DNA from: an uncultured Muribaculaceae bacterium
Lineage (GTDB): Bacteria > Bacteroidota > Bacteroidia > Bacteroidales > Muribaculaceae
Length of the DNA: 64,000 bases
Direction of reading: 5' to 3'
Assembly (NCBI GenBank): GCA_964389525.1
Contig: CAYMEX010000005.1
Span: 12,044-76,043 of the forward strand
The position numbers and the translations under genes are program-made. Below the pieces are notes generated by a model. The model saw nothing but the letters and a program-made list of their open reading frames with translations. It made no database searches and was not told the DNA's origin. Shown here piece by piece: positions 50,964-59,669 of the stretch (the stretch's first letter is position 1; each line of letters opens with the position of its first letter).

Positions 50964-52043
50964 TTAAAGCAGCTTCTTCACGTTCGACTCAAGCTGCGTC
51001 AGGTCGTCGATGCGGGCCACAAGGTCGCCGTTGCGGTCGATGAGGAATGTGGCGGGGATATTGCCGACATTGTACAGCAGCAGGTATGTGGCACCGGTCT
51101 TGGGCGAGTTGTAGACTGTGGTCCAGGGGAGATTGGTGGCCGACTTGCGCCAGCTGAACTCATCGGAGTCGAGGCCGACCTGATAGATGTTGACACCGCC
51201 GTTGGAGTCATCGGCGATCTTGTTGAGCAGCACGTTGAGTGCCGGAGCGAATTCTGCCGAGTAAGTGGTGAAGCTGAGGATTGTCGGTTTGCCGTTGGCT
51301 GCGACCTCCGAGAGTTTCACCTCTTTGCCGTTCTCATCCATCAGTGCGATGTCGGGGAACTGCACTTCCGTCGCAGGTATGTCGGTGCCGACCTCGCGCG
51401 GCGGACGTGTGGCGCGCTGGGCTGCGATATAGAGCTGTGTCAGATACTTGGTGCGCGGGTCGTCGGGACGCTCGCGTGTGTATGCGTTGGCTACGGCGCC
51501 GATTATGCGCAAGTCGCTGCGGTCCGACGGGTTGAAGAGCGGAGCACCGCCGGGGAGCTGCTTGTTGATGATGTAGTAGGCGGCGATGCCGGCCGGATCA
51601 GTGAGAAGCAGCTGGCTTACCTGACGCTTGAGCGAGTCGGCGTCGGTGCCCGGTGTGGCGAGCAGAGTGTTGACGTTCTGCATCATGTCGGCCTGCAGCG
51701 TGCCCTTCATCTCGTAGTTGCGGTCGATGGCAGGGGCGGTGGCGTTGACGGTCACGGTCTCGATCGAGTCAACGGGGAAGTAGGCCGAGGAGTTGCCGAT
51801 CGTCAGACGATAGATCTCGGGACGCGCCGGAGCCTCCTGTGCGAACGAGTAATTGCCGTCGGCACCGAGACGCACGGTGTCCATCGTGTACCAGTTGCCG
51901 TTCGGAGCCATTCCCTCAAGGGTAAGAAGCTCGTTGTCGGCGCCGGTGATCACACCGTTCACCTCCCATTGGTTCTTGCTGCCGCATGCACACAGGGCCA
52001 GCATTGCAGCGCCTGTCGCGATTGATGTGAGTGAGAGTTTCAT
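50964..52043 (-). CDS. TlpA-like thioredoxin-fold lipoprotein lacking the CxxC motif
   Basis: Lipobox (LALCACGS), a DUF4369-like N-terminal domain and a thioredoxin-fold C-terminal domain. The usual WCGPC position reads TTYSAEFAP. Confidence 0.65.
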   Translation of the reverse strand: MKLSLTSIATGAAMLALCACGSKNQWEVNGVITGADNELLTLEGMAPNGNWYTMDTVRLGADGNYSFAQEAPARPEIYRLTIGNSSAYFPVDSIETVTVNATAPAIDRNYEMKGTLQADMMQNVNTLLATPGTDADSLKRQVSQLLLTDPAGIAAYYIINKQLPGGAPLFNPSDRSDLRIIGAVANAYTRERPDDPRTKYLTQLYIAAQRATRPPREVGTDIPATEVQFPDIALMDENGKEVKLSEVAANGKPTILSFTTYSAEFAPALNVLLNKIADDSNGGVNIYQVGLDSDEFSWRKSATNLPWTTVYNSPKTGATYLLLYNVGNIPATFLIDRNGDLVARIDDLTQLESNVKKLL

Positions 52044-52435
52044 GCTATGTGCTCGCTGATGGCAGCCGCTATGTGTATCATCTCGGCTTCCGGGAGTTGG
52101 AGTTTTGCTTTCTTGAAATCGAGATCGCCCTCGCTGTTGAGGGGGATGAGGTGGATGTGGGCGTGCGGAACGTCCATGCCGATCACGGCCATGCCCACGC
52201 GGGCGCAGCCTGTAGCGGCCTTGACTCCTTTGGCTACTTTCTGGGCGAACTTCATAAGGTCGCCAAGTTCCTCCGGATCGAGATCAAACAGGTAGTCGAC
52301 CTCGCGGCGCGGTATGACCAGCGTGTGGCCCTCGGCCACGGGGTTGATGTCGAGAAATGCGTAGTGGCGGTCGTCCTCGGCTACTTTGTAGGAGGGGATC
52401 TCGCCTGCTGCTATGCGTGAGAAGATTGTTGCCAT
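52040..52435 (-). CDS. HIT family protein (histidine triad nucleotide-binding)
   Basis: HAHIHLIP histidine triad. Confidence 0.9.
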   Translation of the reverse strand: MATIFSRIAAGEIPSYKVAEDDRHYAFLDINPVAEGHTLVIPRREVDYLFDLDPEELGDLMKFAQKVAKGVKAATGCARVGMAVIGMDVPHAHIHLIPLNSEGDLDFKKAKLQLPEAEMIHIAAAISEHIA

Positions 52436-52905
52436 CAGAAGCCGATTTCCATGATTTCAAACTTCATCAGTCCCGACGGAACGCGTATTTCAACGGTCTC
52501 GCCGACTTTGTGTCCCAGAAGGCCCTGGGCGATAGGTGTCGACGATGCGATCTTCTTCTCGCGGAGGTTGGCCTCGGAGTCAGCCACGATCGTGTACTCA
52601 ACCACGCTGCCGTTGGTCAGGTTTTTGATCTTTACGCGGTTGAGGATCTGCACCTCGTCGGTCGTGAGTTTCGATTCGTCTATGATGCGTGCGTTAGCCA
52701 CGAGATCCTTCAGCTGCGATATTTTCATCTCAAGCATTCCCTGAGCTTCCTTGGCTGCGTCGTATTCTGCGTTTTCCGATAGATCGCCCTTGTCGCGGGC
52801 CTCGGCGATAGCGCGTGATATCTCGGGGCGCTTCACCGATTCCAGATAGGCGATTTCCTCCATTTTCTTCTTATAACCTTCCTTGGTCATGAAAGTTATA
52901 GCCAT
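52435..52905 (-). CDS. greA: transcription elongation factor GreA
   Basis: GDLSENAEYDAAKE motif and 156-aa length. Confidence 0.95.
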   Translation of the reverse strand: MAITFMTKEGYKKKMEEIAYLESVKRPEISRAIAEARDKGDLSENAEYDAAKEAQGMLEMKISQLKDLVANARIIDESKLTTDEVQILNRVKIKNLTNGSVVEYTIVADSEANLREKKIASSTPIAQGLLGHKVGETVEIRVPSGLMKFEIMEIGF

Positions 52906-53090
52906 GTGTCTTTGTGTTTTAGGGTTTGTTAAAGAGGGAGAGCGCCAGACAGTACACAGTAAAAAAATTAAGAATCCCGGTCACTTTCTTGCCGGAACCC
53001 TTTTATCGCCCTGCGGGCATTGTATCCTGTCTGACGCATCCGCGCGGCCTCATGCCTCTTCAGGCATTCGCTTGCCTTACGGTTGCGATG

Positions 53091-53121
53091 CAAAGTTAAT
53101 ACTTTTATCTTCCAAAACAAA
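53091..53121 (-). promoter_or_regulatory. candidate Bacteroides-type promoter for greA operon
   Basis: On the minus strand, TTTG (53118-53121) is followed after 19 nt by TAACTTTG (53091-53098). This matches the TTTG-N19-21-TAnnTTTG consensus. Confidence 0.5.
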
Positions 53122-53183
53122 AATATCGCCGTTAAGTTTGCCCGACCCTTGCCCCGACCCTCGCCATGGCATTGGAGGCTTGT

Positions 53184-53220
53184 GTCAGTAAAGCACTCGC
53201 AACGCGGGCGCTTTACTGAC
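53184..53220 (-). terminator. stem-loop downstream of the metallophosphoesterase gene (REP-like loop sequence)
   Basis: GTCAGTAAAGC...GCTTTACTGAC forms an 11-bp stem. The loop contains CTCGCAACGCGGGCGC, which is also seen near 5985. Confidence 0.35.
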
Positions 53221-53240
53221 TGTGCGGGGTGCTTTTATTA

Positions 53241-54233
53241 TCAGATGGGGGCTTTGCGGTCTTTCCAGTCGTCGTTGATGTAGGAGGCGGGGTAGACGGT
53301 CTTGTCGATGACGCTGCCGTCGCGCAGACGCAGCCATGTGTCGAACGTGCGTTCACCTTTGTGCATGACGATGACGCGGGCTCCGGCACGGAGGTTGTTA
53401 TATACGGTGTTTCCGCCCGAATAGCGGCCGTAGCAGAGAAGTATGCCCTGCCAGTAGACCGAATAGTCGTTGTTGTGGTCATGTCCGACAAACACGCCCA
53501 TCACGTCGCCGGCCGTGCGCATGGCGGTGAAGAGTCCGCTGTTGAGAACAGGCGAGCACACTTTCTCGCGGCGGGTGCCGATGAGATGCGCTCCGTCGGT
53601 CATTGAGGCCTCCTTGTATTCAGGCAGGGGTATGTGGAAGAAGGCGAGAGCGGGAAGCGGCGTGCCGCCGTTGGCCTCGGTGAGACGCTTGCTCTCGGCC
53701 GCATAGGCGTTTATCTGGTCGAGTGTTATCCAGCCATAGGTGCCTATGCCCTTTATCTGCGCGTAGGCGTTGGAGTCGAATATATACAGGGCGGCGGCTG
53801 TCTTCGTGCCGTCGCTGATTTCGATTGTCGCGTCGCCCGACGATGTGGGTATGTTGTTTTTGAACTTCTTTATGTAGGTGTATATCTCCTCGTGCGACAT
53901 GTCCTGCTCGTCGTCATGGTTGCCCTGTGTCATCACAAAGGGGATGCCGAAGCGTTCGACAACCGAGAGCGCCTCGTCGAGACCTCCGCGGGCGGGCTTG
54001 TCGCATATGACATCGCCTGTAAACACCACGAGGTCGGGCTTCTCGGTTTCGAGCACAGTGGCCATGTTCTCGAGGGCGGTCTTCGATGCCTCCCAGCCGT
54101 AGCGGTAGTGTACGTCGGTAAACTGCACGATCTTGAAATCGCCGTCGGCGTTAAACTTCAGGCCGCCCGGCGTTTTTGCGGGTGCTGCGGCCGCTCCGGC
54201 AAGCATGATCAATCCGATTGCTGTCTTTTTCAT
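53241..54233 (-). CDS. secreted calcineurin-like metallophosphoesterase
   Basis: Signal peptide plus the DVH, GDV, GNHD and GHDH motif series. Confidence 0.85.
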   Translation of the reverse strand: MKKTAIGLIMLAGAAAAPAKTPGGLKFNADGDFKIVQFTDVHYRYGWEASKTALENMATVLETEKPDLVVFTGDVICDKPARGGLDEALSVVERFGIPFVMTQGNHDDEQDMSHEEIYTYIKKFKNNIPTSSGDATIEISDGTKTAAALYIFDSNAYAQIKGIGTYGWITLDQINAYAAESKRLTEANGGTPLPALAFFHIPLPEYKEASMTDGAHLIGTRREKVCSPVLNSGLFTAMRTAGDVMGVFVGHDHNNDYSVYWQGILLCYGRYSGGNTVYNNLRAGARVIVMHKGERTFDTWLRLRDGSVIDKTVYPASYINDDWKDRKAPI

Positions 54234-54252
54234 CTTTGTGATATTATTCGGT

Positions 54253-55875
54253 TTATTTCTTGATTTCCGGTAGATCCGCGACGATCTCGGCCGAGTCGGC
54301 CGGCGTTGGGTCGGGCTGCTCTATCGCCGGCTGCACGCTGTCGGTGGCCGACGGAGCCGCGGTCACGGCGGTGTCGGGCTTTGCTGCAGCGGGAGCAGGA
54401 GCAGGAGCGGTGGCCGGGGTCGGCTGCGCCGGGGGGGCGGCGGCAGCAGCCGGCTTCTGGCGCAGGAAACGGCGGTAGGCCGATGACGCCGCCGACCCGC
54501 ACACGTTGAATATGTTATGCACAAAAAGCATGTCGGTGATGCCGTTCTGGCGGACGTAGTCGACAATGTTGCGGGTGAAGTAGCGGAAGTCGATGATGTG
54601 CACCTGCTCGAACGAGCCGAACAGGAACGACGGGACGGCATTGCCGTAGCTGTCTTTGAGTATGACGAGGCGACGGCCGTTGCCGGTCGATGTGTCGACG
54701 CGCACAAGGCACTGGTCGCCACCCATGAAGGTGCAGTAGGCGCCCGATGCTCCGTCGTTGAATTTCTTGAAGTATGTGCTCTTGAACGGTTTTGTCTCCG
54801 ACACGATGTGAAACTCCTCGTCGAGGTTGTACACGACATAGGTCGTCTGATAATCAATACCCTGCGGACGGTAGTATATGAAATCCTCGGGAGCTTTCTT
54901 CACCGATATGTCTTTGGAGTAGCCGTACATCGTGCCGACAAACCGGTGCACGGTGTCGGCCTTGTATGACTCGATGGGGAGGAAAGGCACACCGGCCTTT
55001 GTTGCGAAATCCTTTGCTGCGTAATAGGCTCCGAGAGGCGCCCAGTGGTGGTCGGTGCGCAGATAGATCGGCTCGTCGGTGTGTGCGGCCAGCGCGCCGT
55101 AGGCGTCGACAGCGACTACACCGCGGAGCGAGTCGTTGATCGCCTTGATCACCGGGAAGTTGGGACGCGTGGTCTTGCGTGCTTTCTCAGGGCAGTAAAA
55201 CTCCGTAGCCAGTGGCACGACCATGCTGTAGATGTTGACCGACGGGCCGAATGTCTCTTTGTAGAGATTGAGCGCCGCCGCAAATTTCAGCGCGCTCTTG
55301 GGCGATCCGCCGAAAGCCATGAGGGCGCGGACGTTGTCGCCTGTGCCGACGATGATTGTACCCGAGTTGCCGAGCTTGGCGTTCTCCTCGACAGTCGCGG
55401 GCGCATATTGCTGTGTGGCGTCGGTGTTTGCGGCCGGCAGTTCGGCCTGTGTCGCCGGGCGGTCGTCGCCGGCGGGTGTGGCGGCGTCGGTGGGTTCGGT
55501 CGCAGTGGATGCTATAGCGTCGGTTGCGGCGATATCGGCATCTGCGTCGTCGGTGTACTCATCCTCGTCATCGAGTGCCACATTGCCGTGAAAGGTCACG
55601 GCTTCTTCGTCGTCGCCGGGGTGATATGACTGCAGGTGCTTGACCTGCATGCTGGCAGTCATAAGCTCGTCGCGAAACGGCTCGCTGTCGCTGAACCATG
55701 CCGAGACATCCTCCATGAACGCGCCCGACATCAGCGATTTCATCGAGAATTCTGGAAACTTGCGCAGGTCGCGTCGCTCGAGCTCCGAGATTTCGGGGCG
55801 CGGGAAAAAGGAAAACACTATCGCGAATGCGGCGAAGACGAGTCCGATTATGAATATGAAAATTCTGTGATGCAA
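54253..55875 (-). CDS. DHHW family protein (AlgJ/AlgX/PatB-like SGNH O-acyltransferase), membrane-anchored, with acidic and Pro/Ala-rich low-complexity regions
   Basis: N-terminal TM, YLRTDHHWAPLGAYYAA motif and a C-terminal tail reading AAAPPAQPTPATAPAPAPAAAKP. Confidence 0.8.
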   Translation of the reverse strand: MHHRIFIFIIGLVFAAFAIVFSFFPRPEISELERRDLRKFPEFSMKSLMSGAFMEDVSAWFSDSEPFRDELMTASMQVKHLQSYHPGDDEEAVTFHGNVALDDEDEYTDDADADIAATDAIASTATEPTDAATPAGDDRPATQAELPAANTDATQQYAPATVEENAKLGNSGTIIVGTGDNVRALMAFGGSPKSALKFAAALNLYKETFGPSVNIYSMVVPLATEFYCPEKARKTTRPNFPVIKAINDSLRGVVAVDAYGALAAHTDEPIYLRTDHHWAPLGAYYAAKDFATKAGVPFLPIESYKADTVHRFVGTMYGYSKDISVKKAPEDFIYYRPQGIDYQTTYVVYNLDEEFHIVSETKPFKSTYFKKFNDGASGAYCTFMGGDQCLVRVDTSTGNGRRLVILKDSYGNAVPSFLFGSFEQVHIIDFRYFTRNIVDYVRQNGITDMLFVHNIFNVCGSAASSAYRRFLRQKPAAAAAPPAQPTPATAPAPAPAAAKPDTAVTAAPSATDSVQPAIEQPDPTPADSAEIVADLPEIKK

Positions 55876-55889
55876 GGCGGCGGGTTGTT

Positions 55890-57011
55890 TTACTGGGTGA
55901 GATATGAGTCGTAGGTGTCGCAGGTGTGGAGCATTGTGGCGTGGGTCATGTTGTTGGCAAACAGCACGTCGGTGATGCCGTGCGACTTCAGGTATGCGAC
56001 AATGTTGAGCGGGAAATAGCGGCAGTCGATGACGTGTATCTCCTCAAACGCATTGAACAGAAACGGCGGCAGGGCGTTGCCGTAGCTGTCTTTGAGTATG
56101 GCGAGACGACGGCCGTTGGCAGCCCCCGTCTCGACGCGTGTGAGCTTGTTGTCGCCTCCCATGAATGTGCAGTAGGTGGCGACGCCCTTGGCCGGGATGA
56201 AGAAGTCGCCGGTGATTTCCTCGCCCGTCGATATTATCCTCTTGCGCGACCTGTTGAGGCGGTAGTTGACGTAGAAGGTGCTCACGTGAGTGTCGCGGGG
56301 AGTGTAGTAGACAAATGTCTCAGGGGCTTTGCGTATGCGTGCGTCGCGCGAGAAGCCGTACATCGTGCCGACAAAGCCCGGTATCTTGTGCACGTCGAAG
56401 CTGTCGAGCGACTTGAACGGCACCATCGCGGCCATGGCGAACTCCTGCGCGGCGTAGTAGGCTCCGAGAGGCGCCCAGTGGTGGTCGGTGCGCAGATATA
56501 TCGGCTCTGCGGCGTGCTCGCCGAGCACCGGAAAAATGTCGACCGCCACGACCTGCGGGTCAAGCTCGCTGAATATGTCGAGTATGGCGGTGTACTGGTC
56601 CTGGGTGTGCTCTTCGGCGTCTTCGGGGCAGTAGAATGCCGCCTGTGTCGGTATGGGCATGCAGTAGACCGTCACGCTGTCGCCGAGCGCGCGCCGGTAG
56701 GCGTTGACAGTCGACGCATAGCGCGACAGATTGGCCGCAGGGCCCGAAAACGGCTCCATGGCGCGGATCGTGTCGCCGCCGCCGACCACAAGTATGCCGC
56801 GGCGTGCGCGGCGGAACGGCGCGTCGGCGGTCTGGCGGTTGACATAGACATAACCGTCGTCTGCATCGACCTGTTCGCCCGAGATTTCTTCAAAAAGACG
56901 GTCGAATGTCAGTGAGCCGTCGGTGTTGTCGTCTTGAGCCGAGACACCGGCGCCTACGCTCGCCGAGAGGAGTAAGAGAAGTATCTTAAAAACGTGTATA
57001 TAGGAACGCAT
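55890..57011 (-). CDS. DHHW family protein, secreted paralogue
   Basis: Signal peptide MRSYIHVFKILLLLLSASVGAGVSAQ (ATG at 57011) and the identical YLRTDHHWAPLGAYYAA block. It overlaps the MBOAT 3' end by 26 nt. Confidence 0.8.
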   Translation of the reverse strand: MRSYIHVFKILLLLLSASVGAGVSAQDDNTDGSLTFDRLFEEISGEQVDADDGYVYVNRQTADAPFRRARRGILVVGGGDTIRAMEPFSGPAANLSRYASTVNAYRRALGDSVTVYCMPIPTQAAFYCPEDAEEHTQDQYTAILDIFSELDPQVVAVDIFPVLGEHAAEPIYLRTDHHWAPLGAYYAAQEFAMAAMVPFKSLDSFDVHKIPGFVGTMYGFSRDARIRKAPETFVYYTPRDTHVSTFYVNYRLNRSRKRIISTGEEITGDFFIPAKGVATYCTFMGGDNKLTRVETGAANGRRLAILKDSYGNALPPFLFNAFEEIHVIDCRYFPLNIVAYLKSHGITDVLFANNMTHATMLHTCDTYDSYLTQ

Positions 57012-58437
57012 TGTTTGTGGCACCGACAAGAAGACAGACACTTGTGACAAGAATGACGATGGCGAGAAGCAGACGGCACGATGTCTCCACAACCGCCACT
57101 CCGGTGTGGTCGGGGTTGCCGCCCCACAGCCTGATGTGGGCCTCGGAGATCCAACGCCTCACGGGCAGGCAGAGCACGATGGCAAGGATCCAGAGCCAGA
57201 ATTTATCGAACAGGGCGCTCTCGGCCGCGAAGTCGTAGAGGCGCGTGTGATAGCCGAAGAAAGCGCGGAAAAACTGTCCCATATTGTCGAGATCGTCGTA
57301 GTAGAATATGCCCCAGCCCGCTATCACGAGAAGCATGGCTATGATGTGGCCCGGCTGATGGCCGGTATAGCGCATTATGGCTTTCTCGACGATGAGTATG
57401 ACGCCGAAATACATGCCCCACATCACGAAATTCCAGCTCGCACCGTGCCAGAAACCTGTCAGAGCCCACACGACGATGATGTTAAGCACCTGATGCGAGC
57501 GGTTGCCGCCAAGGGGTATGTAGACATAGTCGCGGAAAAACGAGCCGAGCGACATGTGCCAGCGGCGCCAGAAGTCGGTGATCGAGCGGCAGGTATATGG
57601 GTGGTCGAAGTTTTCGGGGAAGTGGAATCCCATGCAGCGACCCATGCCGATGGCCATGTCGGAGTAGCCTGAGAAATCGAAATAGATCTGCAGCGTGAAG
57701 GCGAGCAGCCCGACCCATGCCCCGAGAGTCGACAGCGACGCGAGGTTGTCGGTGAGGAAGTTGTCGGCGATCTCCGACATCTGGTTGGCGATTATAACCT
57801 TCTTGCCGAGTCCGATGAGAAAGCGGAATATGCCGTCGGCGACATCGCGCGGCGTCACCGTGCGGTCATAGATCTCGCGCGCCACCGTCGAGTAGCGCAC
57901 GATCGGCCCGGCCACAAGCTGCGGAAACATTGATATGTAGAGCAGCAGCCCGCTGAAACGGCGCTGTGCTGCGGCGTGCGACCGATACACGTCGGTGAGG
58001 TAGCTGATCGACTGGAATATGTAGAAGCTGATGCCGATCGGCAGAGAGATCGCCGGCACGGGCAGGTCGATGCCGAAACGCGAGAGCTCGGCGCACACAA
58101 ATCCGGCATACTTGAATACACCGAGTGTCGACACGTTGAAGAGGATGCCGACAGTGAGCGCCAGCCTGCGGAAAAAACGTCGCCGGCATGCGTCGACCCA
58201 AAGCCCGAAAAGATAGTTCATTATGACGCAGCCGATCATCAGGAAGACATAGACCGGCTCTCCCCACGCATAGAATATGAGTGAGAATACTATAAGGACA
58301 GAGTTGCGCCAGACGAGTTTAGGGCTCCTGTCGTCATCGTCGGCCGACGCGTTGCGGTCAAATATCGCCGCGATGCGATAGCAGATTATGAGCGCCGGGA
58401 GAAAGACGAATAGAAAGAACAGGTCTGAGAATACCAT
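56986..58437 (-). CDS. MBOAT family O-acyltransferase (AlgI/DltB/PatA-like)
   Basis: Polytopic membrane protein with the FWRRWHMSLGSFFRDYVYIPLGGNR block containing the conserved MBOAT His. Confidence 0.9.
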   Translation of the reverse strand: MVFSDLFFLFVFLPALIICYRIAAIFDRNASADDDDRSPKLVWRNSVLIVFSLIFYAWGEPVYVFLMIGCVIMNYLFGLWVDACRRRFFRRLALTVGILFNVSTLGVFKYAGFVCAELSRFGIDLPVPAISLPIGISFYIFQSISYLTDVYRSHAAAQRRFSGLLLYISMFPQLVAGPIVRYSTVAREIYDRTVTPRDVADGIFRFLIGLGKKVIIANQMSEIADNFLTDNLASLSTLGAWVGLLAFTLQIYFDFSGYSDMAIGMGRCMGFHFPENFDHPYTCRSITDFWRRWHMSLGSFFRDYVYIPLGGNRSHQVLNIIVVWALTGFWHGASWNFVMWGMYFGVILIVEKAIMRYTGHQPGHIIAMLLVIAGWGIFYYDDLDNMGQFFRAFFGYHTRLYDFAAESALFDKFWLWILAIVLCLPVRRWISEAHIRLWGGNPDHTGVAVVETSCRLLLAIVILVTSVCLLVGATNNAFLYTRF

Positions 58438-58651
58438 TGCTGATTGTAGGGATAATCCGTGATGATCATGCCGCCGGAGTGTTTTCCGGCTTTAATCTAC
58501 AATGTAAAATTACGCAGGGACGGTGTTATCTCCAACAAAAAGATCGAAATATGTATAAAATGACCTGCCTGGTGTATGAGTCGTACATCAGGCAGGGTCA
58601 ATATCGGCATTGGGCGTGCGGAAGCCGGCGGCACATCGCGGCCGCCGCGCG

Positions 58652-58801
58652 TCACAGAGTCACAGGGGCGATCATGGCGGCCACGTCGGTGTCGCCCCAT
58701 AGATCGGCCATTGTGAGCCAGACAAGGAGTAGCGCTATGAGTATGCACGCGCCGATCACCAGCCATGTCTGTGTCTTGTTGTTTTTACGTTTGCTTGACA
58801 T
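58652..58801 (-). CDS. small predicted membrane protein, 49 aa (below the ORF-track cutoff)
   Basis: My own translation: MSSKRKNNKTQTWLVIGACILIALLLVWLTMADLWGDTDVAAMIAPVTL. It has a basic N-terminus and one TM segment. Its start codon lies inside the left inverted repeat. Confidence 0.4.
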   Translation of the reverse strand: MSSKRKNNKTQTWLVIGACILIALLLVWLTMADLWGDTDVAAMIAPVTL

Positions 58802-58850
58802 GTGTTTCTATGTTTTAGAGCTTGTTTAATAATAAATGTTACTGACAGGG
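58799..58850. repeat. left arm of long inverted repeat
   Basis: CATGTGTTTCTATGTTTTAGAGCTTGTTTAATAATAAATGTTACTGACAGGG. Its reverse complement aligns to 59131-59192. Confidence 0.9.
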
Positions 58851-59130
58851 CGGCCAGTCGTCGAGCAGATTTTTGCTTGTGATGAGGGAGTTATGGGGCT
58901 CCATAACGACTGAAGAACAAACGGAAATATGCCGGCGAATGACCGATCTGAAACTTTTTGTTGCATGTTGTTTACATATCCAGAGATTATTTCAATAGTT
59001 GACAAAAGCCTGTAAGATTACAAAGTTACTTCTGTTTCGCATAGCCTGATCGCCTTTCGACATGTTTCTCTGTCGTGTACCTCAAGTACACTTCTTCGGC
59101 ACATGTCGAAATTCATATCAGACTATACGA

Positions 59131-59192
59131 CCCTGTCGGCAACATTTATTATTAAACAAGCTCTTAAAATCCCTTTGTGATAGAAACACATG
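59131..59192. repeat. right arm of long inverted repeat
   Basis: CCCTGTCGGCAACATTTATTATTAAACAAGCTCTTAAAATCCCTTTGTGATAGAAACACATG. Confidence 0.9.
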
Positions 59193-59213
59193 CGGGTGGG
59201 CGATGGTTCAAGC

Positions 59214-59669
59214 TCAGCGGCGGAATGCACGCGCTATGTCGCGGCGGTCGTCGCGCTCCTTTATCGTCTGGCGTTTGTCATACTCCTTCTTGCCGCGGCC
59301 GACGCCGATGACGAGCTTGGCGTAGCCTTTCTGCGAGATGAAGAGGCGGAGCGGCACGATAGTGTAGCCCGGCGAGGAGGCGAGCTTGGCTATGTCGCGT
59401 ATCTCCTTGCGCGAAAGCAGCAGTTTGCGCTCGCGGCGGTCGGCGTGGTTGTTGTAGGTGCCGTAGAAATATGGGGCGATATACATGTTCTTCACCCACA
59501 CCTCGTGGTTGTAGACGTAGCAGAACGTGTCGGCAAGCGACGCTTTGCCAAGGCGTATCGACTTTATCTCGGTGCCGGTGAGCACGATGCCGGCCGTGTA
59601 GGTGTCGGTGATGGCGTAGTCAAATGTGGCACGCCGGTTTTTGATATTTATGTCTTTGGCGAGTTTCAT
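59214..59669 (-). CDS. smpB: SsrA-binding protein
   Basis: [14 protein letters not shown] and a basic C-terminal tail. Confidence 0.95.
   Translation of the reverse strand: MKLAKDINIKNRRATFDYAITDTYTAGIVLTGTEIKSIRLGKASLADTFCYVYNHEVWVKNMYIAPYFYGTYNNHADRRERKLLLSRKEIRDIAKLASSPGYTIVPLRLFISQKGYAKLVIGVGRGKKEYDKRQTIKERDDRRDIARAFRR

Larger units (their letters stand above)
58799..59192. promoter_or_regulatory. candidate invertible DNA element (inverton) or MITE: 52/62-nt inverted repeats bracketing a 280-bp segment
   Basis: The inverted repeats share a 24-nt perfect core, 13-nt and 7-nt perfect blocks and one 10-nt indel. The enclosed segment holds a single TAnnTTTG box (TAACTTTG, minus strand, 59021-59028) facing the small ORF and the MBOAT operon. 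Confidence 0.5.

Noticed and set aside
58851-59190. tmRNA (ssrA) next to smpB
   Set aside because: I found no tRNA-like acceptor/T-arm ending in CCA and no tag-peptide reading frame. The region is better explained by the inverted-repeat element and an internal palindrome (TTCGACATGT...ACATGTCGAA, about 59056-59111).
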